64,000 nt of DNA, taken from Paraspadella gotoi. Taxonomy: Eukaryota > Animalia > Chaetognatha. Location: NCBI GenBank assembly GCA_051294375.1, contig CM119269.1, positions 1,380,537-1,444,536 on the forward strand, in the 5' to 3' direction. Of this stretch, positions 1 through 11,234 are shown in pieces. The notes under the pieces are model-generated. The model saw nothing but the letters and a program-made list of their open reading frames with translations. It was not told where the DNA came from and did no database searches. Position 1 is the first letter of the stretch. Each line of letters begins with the position of its first letter. The position numbers and the translations under genes are program-made.

Positions 1-397
1 CCAATGAACTGATTTGACTGAACTTAGAAGAGGTATTCCCAATGAACTGAATTGACTGAACTGAGAAGAGGCAATCTCAATGAACTGATTTGACTGAACT
101 GAGAAGAGGCAATCTCAATTAACTGATTTGACTGAACTGAGAAGGAGGCCATCTCAATGTACTGATTTGACTGAAACTGAGAAGAGGTAATCCAATGAAC
201 TGATTTGACTGAACTGAGAAGAGGCAATCCCAATGAACTGATTTGACTGAACTGAACTAGCAATTTTCAAGTGTACTGATTTGTCTGAACTGAGAAGAGG
301 CAATCCCAATGTACTGATTAGACTGAACTGAGAAGAGGCAATCCCAATGTACTGATTTGACTGAACTGAGAATAGGCAATCCCAGTGTACTGATTTG
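1..397. repeat. Minisatellite, ~38 bp unit, ~10 copies (truncated by window edge)
   Basis: Unit CCAATGAACTGATTTGACTGAACTGAGAAGAGGCAATC recurs with few substitutions. Confidence 0.95.
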
Positions 398-644
398 TAT
401 TTGTACTGAGTTTCTCCGTGATGCGATTTGTTCATGAAGAAAATTATTTAGTGCATCAGAGTTGGCCGAGTTAGATAGTATGTTTAAAAAAACTTTTTTA
501 AAAAAAGTTTTAGTTTGATAAAAGGAAGAAAGGAAACAAAAGAGGGCGTGGATCGATAAAATGAAAAAAATTAAATCTTGAGAGAGATGGGAGGAAGAAA
601 GTTGAAAAGAGAACTTGAGAAATAGTCAGAAAGAGAGAGGGAAA

Positions 645-652
645 AAGAAAAA

Positions 653-700
<48 letters not shown>

Positions 701-781
701 AAAGAAAAGAAGGAAAGAAAGAAAAAAGAAAGAAAGAAAGAAAGAAAAAAAGAAAGAAAGAAAAAAAGAAAGAAAGAAAAA

Positions 782-825
<44 letters not shown>

Positions 826-830
826 AAAGA
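645..830. repeat. (AAAG)n microsatellite
   Basis: Directly visible; explains the FLSF/KKER ORFs. Confidence 0.95.
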
Positions 831-1119
831 AGTAAAAAACCCCATAAGTTTTTACATTAAAACAATATATCAATCAATCAATAAATCAATCGTCACTGAA
901 AACTTGTCACAGCAAATTCTTTCGGTTACTACTACATTTTGATGGTGACATCACGACGAGATTAATTTCAAAAAAATAATTGTCAAAAATAAATTTCTAA
1001 GTGGAACCGAACGAGGTCCGCCCTTTCGAGACGCCTCGCCCCCTTCTGTCGGAATCAAAATTCTCCTCGACCAAATTCCGCGATCTTATCTCATTCGAGA
1101 TTTTCACCCGCGCCCCCGG

Positions 1120-1328
1120 GTCACGTGACAATCGCGTCCTCGTCACATTCGACTTAAGTCGGTCGGTCTCTTCGATCCTGAGTCGTTTTAATTCTTTTCT
1201 TGACGCCGAGGGTCAATCGTCTACCGTCGACACATCCCCCCCCCGTCCCATCCCGAACTCTGTCACGCGTCAGAATGAACCCGAGCTGTCGTATCGGTAT
1301 CACGTGACTGGCTTTCTTCATCACGTGA
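1120..1328 (+). promoter_or_regulatory. Three TCACGTGA E-boxes (CLEAR-like, MiT/TFEB type)
   Basis: GTCACGTGAC at 1120-1129, ATCACGTGAC at 1299-1308, TCACGTGA at 1321-1328, all 210-420 bp upstream of ATG 1542. Confidence 0.6.
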
Positions 1329-1541
1329 TTTGTCGAATGTCGATAACGAGATTACACGCCCCCCGAATTCTTTTCTCGATTCCTTCTTGCGATTCCTTCC
1401 GCGCTTTTCGTTAGACGCCAGTGCGAGACATTGAGAATTTGAGACGTCCAGTCTCCATTTCGATTTTCAAGTTTGTTTTGTTTTGTTCCTTCGGTTTCGC
1501 AGCTCAAGAGTTTTGTCATTTACGATCCATCGCCACGCAAG

Positions 1542-4500
1542 ATGGCGCCGCGGCGTTTCTTCGTTCCCGCCCTTTGTCTCGTCCTGTTGCTAGTCCATGC
1601 CTCTCGGTCAGCAACGAGCACGCCGAAGCCGAAGAGGATCCCCGTTGTGGCGGACGCCTTCAGCTTCAAGGCGGAGTTGATCCAACCCAGTTCCAAAATG
1701 TATGACAAAAACATCCTGAGGACCCAAGAGCAATGGTACAGCTTCAAGTCCAAACTGACACGAGTAGACATCAAGCCGCTCGGCGAGGGAGTGATCGGTG
1801 ACCTCTGGGACTTTGCCTACGGAACCAACCCGCTGTCCGTCGTTCACGACTTCAACTCGGGCCACTCGTACATCATGGACAAGGTGATTGGCAACTGCAC
1901 CATAGCCAAAATCAAACCGAGCTTGGACGACGTCATGAAGCCCAACCACCTTGTCCAAATGCTCAACGCTTCCGAGTTCTTTAGTCTCTCGGGGGCCGAC
2001 TACACTTACGAGGGTCAAGAGAAGGTGGGCGATGTGTTGGTAGACGTTTGGACGGCGAAAAGAACCGACTGGCCACCCCAGGTCAAGGATCAAAGCGACA
2101 CCACGGTGACCACTTGGTGGAAGTGGAAGTTTCTCACCGATGAGTGGAATGAACTCTCGAACAATGAAGAAAACACCGATGCTAGCGATATACCATATGA
2201 GCTGCAACTCGAATTTGAAACGAACTTGGAAGGAGCTATCGTCTACAATTACAACTACACTATAAACTATTATGACTTTTCCAACTCCGCGCCTCTCGAT
2301 TGGGACTTCGACATTGGACCATGTTGGGACAATTTCGCGCAACGGGCGACATTGACATTACACTTTCCAGGAACACACGCGCAGTTCATTGAAGACAACA
2401 TCCCCAAAGTCAAGGAGATGATTCATTTTTCTGTGAGTGCCTTTGGGCTTCTAGTAAACTCTTTGAGGGTAACCGAGCCGAAGTTGAGCTTCAAAAAGAA
2501 TGATTTCGATGTTGACGACGTTATAGCTACGGTGGAGATATTAGGCCGACCATCGATTCAAGGAGATGTTGACGCGTCCGGTGTTGACATGTCTGTAGAG
2601 TATGCGTGTCTTGAGATCTTGGATGTCGTTAAGAAAGGCGAGTTCGTGGTCGTTATTCCAAACCCAAAAGATCCTGATCAAACTAAAGAAGAAATTAAGG
2701 CCACTAATGGATGGTATTTTATTACCGGTCCGAATGATCACAATCATACGATTGAAGGCGACCCTTTTGATCATTATCCATGCCGCGTAGAGAAAGTTAA
2801 TCCCGATGAACAGACCAAAGATTTACCAAAGCTTCCTGAACGCTACATAGCAGTCATGGAAATAAAAGATCGAGTGAATAATGCCCTATATTTCGCCGAA
2901 GAATTCTATGACTATGAGCACAATCATGGTCGTTTGGACATTTGGGTGAATGGGACTCACGTAACTGTTATTTATGACTATGGAAACAATCAAGTTCTCA
3001 AGGTCAAAAATGGAAAGTGTAAAACTCTGGCCCTCAACGAGCTTGGAAATCTGAAAAACATCTTTCCCTTTCAGCCAGATGGCGATGAAAAACATATTTC
3101 GCCAGTCAAAGCATTTTTCTTTTTCAACAATGGGTTCAAAGAGCATCGTCTTCCAAATGAGAGAAAACGTGACATCATGTGCGAGCATTATTTGTCTTGC
3201 CTGGGGTACCAGGGATCGATCGATGTCACCATGAGTGTTGATTGGTGGTTTTCCTCACCAAAGGAGGTGTCAATGCCACTGGGTGAGGAGTACAGCCGTA
3301 TTCCAATCGAGATGCACATAAAAGGTCAAACTGTGAAAAGTGATGAAGAACCGAAACCTTTTGATATTGTTTACACCTTTATCGATTTTGTTCCCGGCGA
3401 ATACAAGAATTTTCCAGATGAAACTAACATCTTCGAGACACCACCGGGAATTTTCTGCAAAGGTAAAAAGAGCCCACCGGGACTGAAGCCACCCAAATCC
3501 CCACCGGCTTTTTCGTACAAGGCTCAAATAACTCAACCTAAAAGCGACATCTCCGAACAAAATTTGCTCAAAACCGTCGAAACTTACTACAGCTATGAAA
3601 AAAAGCTTTCACGACTCGATCATCGATCCATTATGGGAATGCCTGATCCAGAAGGAGTACCTCTGACCAATGATGCTATGAGAGACGTGCATGATTTTAA
3701 CACTGGCATCGCATATCGGCAAGACCTTGTCACAGGCGACTGCAAAATCGAACCCATCAAGAAAGCCTTTGCCGATTCTAAAGAAATTGAGAAAGATGGT
3801 TTCCGCTTTGTGCAAATGATGAATGCCACGGAGTTCTTTCACCTGGAAGGAAATTACCAATACGTAGGCAAGAGGAGGGACGCCAAGGGAGTTCTGACCG
3901 ACGTCTGGATCTCCCAAAAAAAAGGTTGGCCGCCGTCGCAAAAAGATGTGCCGGACTACAACACCTACATCACGACGTGGGAGTGGAGCTTCTTGGATCC
4001 CGAATGGGTCGAATTGTCGGATAATGACGCCAACGCAAATGCGACCAACATTCCGTACCGCCTCCTTCTCAAAATGGACATTGAGTATGACGGAATCCAA
4101 GGAACGGATGTGTTCGGCGTTTACGATTACAGCATCTACGACTTCACGCCCCTTCCGCCTCATTGGTCGAAATTCGACATTTCCCTCTGCTACGACAAAT
4201 TCAAAAAGGCTCACTTTGTCATCGCCTTTCACGGAAAGCACAAAGACTTTATCTTTGCGCATGTTCCCTACGTCAAGGAGATGATGATTTTCTCGTTGAC
4301 TCTTTGGGGAAACATAGAAACCGACGTGAGAGTTTCCAACATTGAATTCGACTACGAGGCGGCCAACGAGACGATCGACAGTGCGGAACGAGTTGTGGCA
4401 GTGTTCACCATTTTGGACGTGGCGCCGCTGGATGGTGAGGAAATAGTTTTCATGTAAAAGACAGAAAGAAAAAAAAAAGATTAAATGGTCATTTTACTAG

Positions 4501-5434
4501 GAACTGTGGAGGATCCTATCGTCCAAGCGCCACTAGCCAATATCGTAAAGGACCTCAAGTACGCCGTCACCAACAGTCTTTTCAAAGTGGACGTGCCCAA
4601 CCCTCACGACCCGAGCGAGACGGGTCTCAAACTAGTGGCTCTGCCCGAATCCTTCAAGGAGGTCGACCGCTACGATGATTATCGGAAGTACCAGCCAAAA
4701 GGGACCGTTTTTTATAACGCAGGTAAGGGTTATACATGTGTAATATATTACTATGAAATTGGTACAACCAATATAAAGATTATCCATTCATTTAATAAAT
4801 AAGCTATCTTGCCCTTGACTTTGGACAGGCTTATGTGGAATCTTGAAAAATTCGATCTCTTTCTACAAAACAAATATACCAACAAAGAAAAATTGAAAAT
4901 CACGACACAAATTGAACTAACAAAGCTTTTAGAATTGATTATATTTCAAATTGGATTAGTGAGAAGGTTGTGCTACTTAAAATAATAAATTAATAATTAT
5001 AATTAAATAAAATTAAGTTAACGCCTTTTGTTTAAATGGCGCTACTCTCTGCGTCGCTTGTTCAGACGCCGCCACGCCGCAGGGGGAAAGGTCGATCCCA
5101 AAGGCGAGACAGCATCGCGCGAAATGCGGCGGAGACGTTTGCCTCTATATTTTTGTTGTTCTCGAAGCACCGTTGCTACTTTCCACGGCAATGTTGCTTT
5201 AACGAACATCGGAAAACAAAAGCGATGCTGCAGCCAAAGGACTGACCAATCCCGACTGCAGCATTGCAGCTGCTGGCAAACATTCCCCGCCCTCGATGCT
5301 TTTGGCTTCCTTTGGGTCATCCTTTCTCTTTGCGCGTTGCAGGCTCTGGCATCGGCGCCGGCGTGGGCGGCGCGATTTTGGGCCTCGCCATCGGGATCGG
5401 CGGCGTTTACGTCTACGCCAGGAGAAAAAACTGA
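1542..5434 (+). CDS. Type I membrane protein with repeated ependymin/LolA-like domains; exons 1542-4434, 4501-4722, 5343-5434
   Basis: Signal peptide MAPRRFFVPALCLVLLLVHA; internal repeat (SF/YKA..., HDFNxG...GxC, MxNAxEFF, DVW, IPY, YDF...FDI..C); GT-AG introns in phase 1; TM GIGAGVGGAILGLAIGIGGVYVYA followed by RRKN-stop. Fold assignment is from motif recall. Confidence 0.85.
4735..4830 (+). repeat. Dispersed intronic repeat, second copy at ~55675-55766
   Basis: TATGAAATTGGTACAACCAATATAAA.ATTATCCATTCATTTAATAAATAAGCTA.CTTGCCC.TGACTTTGGACAGGC shared by both sites. Confidence 0.85.
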
Positions 5435-5855
5435 GGGCAATTCGGTAGATAACGATGGTCCAACCTTTTTTTTTTATTACTTTATATTATACAACATACA
5501 ATGCCGACGGTTAGTACAAAACGAAAACCCCGACAACGCATACACGACGACCAATATTTTTTTTTCTAGTTTCCCTTTCTCCCTTTCTGCGATCGGATAT
5601 TGAACAAAGAGTCGACAATGAACTCTGACCCTCACGCCTTTTCGCGCGCTGCGTGAAACGATTGAGAAGACCTCGGGCGTTTCCGAAGCCCCTTTCCTGG
5701 TTTTAATCTTCCGTTTCCATTCACTACAGGCACCGACCCCGCCTGGGCCTCCCTTCCTTCCAAACCCTTTCTCCAATCACAATTACGATCCATCTCTCCT
5801 CCCCCCCCCTTCTCCCCCGCCGCCCCCTCCCCCAACCTCCTCCAACCGATGCCAG

Positions 5856-5999
5856 GGGACTTGGCCGGAATCGCGATCGGCGTCGCCGTTTTGGGTCTCA
5901 TCTGTCGGCGTCATCCTCGGTCTATTTTTATTCAAGGTAACGGGCTCTCTCGCTTCGAGGATTTTTAAAAATGAGTCATTTTATTTTTCTTCCGAATGA
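5856..5999 (+). CDS. Putative alternative last (TM) exon of the 1542 gene
   Basis: Pyrimidine tract + CAG, same phase 1 as the 5343 exon; GDLAGIAIGVAVLGLI[+1 nt]GVILGLFLFKVTGSLASRIFKNESFYFSSE-stop. Needs one extra base near 5903 removed. Confidence 0.55.
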   Translation, partial: GTWPESRSASPFWVSSVGVILGLFLFKVTGSLASRIFKNESFYFSSE

Positions 6000-6257
6000 A
6001 AAAAGATTCTCGTCTTGGCCAATTTGTTTCGTCACTAATTTCTTTTTTTTTTTTTTTCTTTCGAGCGATTCGGTTTTTTGTTGTTTTTTTTTTGGTGACA
6101 AAAATTAGTATAAAGAATATGAAAAAAATATCCGTATCATTTTCTTCTATATCCTGTTCTTCATCAAATCGTAATTTTCATTTCTGACTCCCATTATTAA
6201 AACTCATATTTCTCCCACTTTTCCTTTTTCCTCGTTTTCATCGCGATATCTTCTCTC

Positions 6258-6732
6258 TGGCACCATAACCGTCATTAGCTTTATCCCATCGTTTCGTCTC
6301 TCCATTATTTCTTCCCGGGTATCATGTCATTATTCTTCGCTCCATCAATGACCCATTTTCACCAAAGCTTTCTCCATCAATGACCCATTTATACCAAGGC
6401 TTTCTCCATCGTTCATCGATTTCCTCGCATTTCCCTTTTTCGTTGATATTGCGCGTTCGATTAAATGTATTAAATGCATTAAATATATATAAAAAAAGTA
6501 GCAAGTTTCTCGCATACATTAGATTTAAACCGTCATTTTTCGTTCTCATTTCGCTTAATACTTAATTTAAATAATTTTTATGTAACAAAATATCTCCGTC
6601 CCACCCCTTGCAATATTTTTCTCAACAGCGAGCGAACGGGGGACTGCCCGTCTCTTTTGCCTTTCGAAAGGACACGGGACACGGGGACAAAGTCAGGATC
6701 GTCGATAAAAATTATTGAGAGAGAGAGAGAGA

Positions 6733-6776
<44 letters not shown>

Positions 6777-7030
6777 ATGTGATTCCACGCCTTCATGTCG
6801 CCGATTTTGTATAATTTTGTACAGATGTTTTTAATCGTAATTTGTTTAAGATTAAATTAATCATATTAATCAATGTATAAAACACAATTGAAAGAAATAC
6901 ATTCGTTTACGTCGAGAATTAGATTTTGAGTTTTCTTTGACGTGAGATCTTATTTAGGCAATCAGTTCACCTTCGAACCAGGTTTTAATTTTGTTTTGCA
7001 CTTCACAAATTTGATAATCAAACCTGCGCA

Positions 7031-7072
<42 letters not shown>

Positions 7073-7703
7073 TCTCGATCGAAACCACAAGAGAAGAAGA
7101 TAAAAAAGAATGAAGTCGTTTAAGATCGAAGTTTCAACGATTTGTTTCTTTAATTCGAGTTTGAAAAAAATCGAATTTCGCAAAAACAAAAAACGCAGCA
7201 AAATATNNNNNNNNNNNNNNNNNNNNNNNNNTGGCACCATAACCGTCATTAGCTTTATCCATCGTTTCGTCTCTCCATTATTTCTTCCCGGGTATCATGT
7301 CATTATTCTTCGCTCCATCAATGACCCATTTTCACCAAAGCTTTCTCCATCAATGACCCATTTATACCAAGGCTTTCTCCATCGTTCATCGATTTCCTCG
7401 CATTTCCCTTTTCGTTGATATTGCGCGTTCGATTAAATGTATTAAATGCATATAAATATATATAAAAAAAGTAGCAAGTTTCTCGCATACATTAGATTTA
7501 AACCGTCATTTTTCGTTCTCATTTCGCTTAATACTTAATTTAAATAATTTTTATGTACAAAATATCTCCGTCCCACCCCTTGCATATTTTTCTCAACAGC
7601 GAGCGAACGGGGACTGCCCGTCTCTTTTGCCTTTCGAAAGGACACGGGACACGGGGACAAAGTCAGGATCGTCGATAAAAATTATTGAGAGAGAGAGAGA
7701 GAG

Positions 7704-7751
<48 letters not shown>

Positions 7752-8007
7752 ATGTGATTCCACGCCTTCATGTCGCCGATTTTGTATAATTTTGTACAGA
7801 TGTTTTTAATCGTAATTTGTTTAAGATTAAATTAATCATATTAATCAATGTATAAAACACAATTGAAAGAAATACATTCGTTTACGTCGAGAATTAGATT
7901 TTGAGTTTTCTTTGACGTGAGATCTATTTAGGCAATCAGTTCACCTTCGAACCAGGTTTTAATTTTGTTTTGCACTTCACAAATTTGATAATCAAACCTG
8001 CGCAGTT

Positions 8008-8049
<42 letters not shown>

Positions 8050-8186
8050 ACACTCTCGATCGAAACCACAAGAGAAGAAGATAAAAAAGAATGAAGTCGT
8101 TTAAGATCGAAGTTTCAACGATTTGTTTCTTTAATTCGAGTTGAAAAAAATCGAATTTCGCAAAACAAAAAACGCAGCAAAAATAT
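6258..8186. other. ~950 bp direct duplication flanking a 25-N gap (probable assembly overlap)
   Basis: 6258-7206 matches 7232-8186, differing mainly by homopolymer/microsatellite indels. Confidence 0.85.
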
Positions 8187-8232
8187 AGAGGAATTCAGCG
8201 GAGGAGCCATGGGAGCTTCTCTGTTGGGCGAG

Positions 8233-8337
<105 letters not shown>

Positions 8338-9198
8338 GCTCCTCCTTTCATTCTTCTTCCTCCTCATCATCCTCGGTGCCGCACGCTGGTGTCACGGATG
8401 AAACCTTTTCGAGTTGAGGAATGCGCTTTTGTTTTCGACGAGGGCGCTTGTAAGAATATCGAAATTTCCTCCACTTGTTCGTTTTAACTTTTATCAAAAC
8501 AAAACAAAACAAAATTCTATTTTGAATAATAAATGAAATATTAAGTTTAAAATTTTGTCTATTGCAATGTAGTTTAGTACAGTATAACAAGTAATATTAC
8601 AATTTTTCATAATCCTTTCTGAGAAAAGTTCAGAGTTCTTCAAAGTCTCTGGGACTAATAAAAAAGGTTTTAAAGTTATTAAGGATCTTCGGTTTATTAG
8701 GAGACGACATATTCAATTTGAACGTTTAATAATATTAATAAAAGGACGGAATTTTTGATAACCACTAACCAGCGATGAGCTCATAACAATTCGACATAAA
8801 AGACTTATAATATTCAATAAAATTTAAAAAGACGATTTCTCCTAAAAACCAAGATTTTTTTACTAATTTATATTTAAATTTAATGATAACATTTTTAACA
8901 GCTTTGTGACTACAAAAGGAAGATAAGTAGATTACGTTACCATATTAGACAACTAGTTTTAAACTCATCGAAAAAATGACCAGGAGAGCACCAATGATTA
9001 TTTCTTTGAGCTAAACTTGTGGCAAAATAAAGTTACATTACCTAAAACGTAATAATCTTGGCATATAAAAATAGTTATTTTTTCTTGATACGCAAGGACA
9101 ATAATAGTTTCAAATGTAAATGTAAAAAATGGTGATGTCCATAATTTTAAATGTGATGATCATGTACAAGAAAGATGCGCAAGTTTTCTTTTCTTTTC

Positions 9199-11145
9199 TT
9201 ATATATCTTTTCCTAACGTTGCGATCTTCGTAGCTGTCAGCCGAAGTTGCGTTTCCTGAAATTAAAAAAAAATAACGAATTAAAAAATCATACAAAAAAA
9301 GTGATGGACAAAAAAAAACAAAGAAAACAAAAGATTAAAAAACAAAAACGATCGCTCATATTAGCCATCGAGCTGTCGACGAGAAAAGACTCAAACAAAC
9401 ACTTAATTTAACTGAACGATTATACATCAGATAACTTTTTTTGTTGCTCAATCAATCTCGCTTAATCCGAGAAAAAAAATTTAAATAAATAAGACTCCGG
9501 TCGAACGCTTATAATCGAATTATAATCATTACTTCCTAAGAGAGGGAAATCGAGGGTAAAAATTAAATAAGAGAATTCGCGCCGTCCTTGACATCGGTTA
9601 AATATTCCGACTGTCTTCTAACCTGGGCGCTCTTCAGCGTCTGAATCTTGATAGGGACGGGAATTTCCTTGTCAGACTTGACTACAGCGCCGCCGGGAGT
9701 TTGGCGGTCGAAAAAGGATTTAATGATGGCGGTGAACTGGACCGCGGACGCCGTTCCCATGGAGATCGCCGTCGGGAATCTGATGGAAAATAACGTGGAA
9801 ATTATTAAATGTAATAATTATTAAGTGATATTAATAAAAGAAATGTACTGACGGACGGATGGACGAGGTGAACAGTTTTAAAACATATAAATATATTTAG
9901 ATTGATATAAATAAGAATAACAACATTAAACGTACATTATTTTTACTTTCTTTGCTAAAGCGCAAACATATTTTGTTTTCCCCGTTTTCCTTCTTTTTCT
10001 ACTTTTCCTCAATTTAAACTTTGTCTTTCTCATTAAAGTTTTAAAAATGAATGATTTAAACGGCGAAGCCTTTGTCGTTACATTTTAGACAAACAGATAG
10101 ACCGACCAAAAAATCGTCTAAGATCGAAAAAAAAAGAACAAAAAATGGAAGAAACGTAGAAACAAAACAAATTATATAAATTAAATATGCATATATTTAT
10201 TTAAAAATGTTCTGACTTGAGATCGACGATGTTATTGACGTCGTCCCCGTAAAAGTTGACGTCCATCTCGTAACGAACTTCGGTATCGTCTGGATCTTCG
10301 TCGTCTATTTCGTCGTCGTCCTTCAAATGACCTTTGACGAAAGAAATTTTTGACAAACTTCAAAAAATATTAATAAACCAGTGAGAATATGTTTTTAAGC
10401 TCCGGTGACAGATTCATAATTCTGTAATTCGTTCTGACGACCGAAGTTTTTCCGGCCGTTTTTTTTTTTTTTTTTCACTTTGTACCTTAAAACTAAAATG
10501 AAAGAACGCGATTTAATAAAGATAAACAAACAAAGAAATATATTTAAACGACGATTCTGTCGAGCTTAAAACGTTAAACGATGTATTCATAACTCGATTT
10601 GCACCCTGTAATTGTCTTTCATAGTTTTAATTTTTTAAAAAACGTTTCCGAACTCATCGTCTCTAGTTCGTAATTAGTTTTCTTAAAATTTAAGCTTTGA
10701 CGATTTGTCTTTAATCTTGTTTCATCTGGTCGCCACGCCTCTCTGTCTCACCCTGTAGCCTTGTGGGAAAGATGGCGTTGTAGCGTCTCTTCGTCGTCGT
10801 GTTTTCGCTTATCTCTTCCCGTAATATTGTAAAGTGGAGATTTAACAACGAGGTGTCTAAAAGAAATTTAATATTTTTTATAATCAAATTTGATCATTAG
10901 TATTATGATTATTATTATGATTATGATTATTATTATTATTATTATTATTAATTTTATTATTTTGTTATTTTTACCGCGAGTGACAAAAACGTCCTCAGGA
11001 AAGGAAATCTCCTGATCCTCTTCATCAATTTCGTTGTTGAGAAAAATTTTAATTTGACTCGAGTTTTTTGGTGGTGAAAAAGTAAGAAGCATCGCCTGAT
11101 TGATAAAGGTGAATAGTATACACTGTCTCTGTCTCTGTCTCTCTT

Positions 11146-11234
<89 letters not shown>

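Noticed and set aside
510-873. FLSF/KKER/ERER ORFs here and at other microsatellites
   Set aside because: Translations of simple repeats.
6258-8186. LTR pair or real direct repeat
   Set aside because: Copies abut a 25-N gap, lack TG..CA ends and have no internal region.
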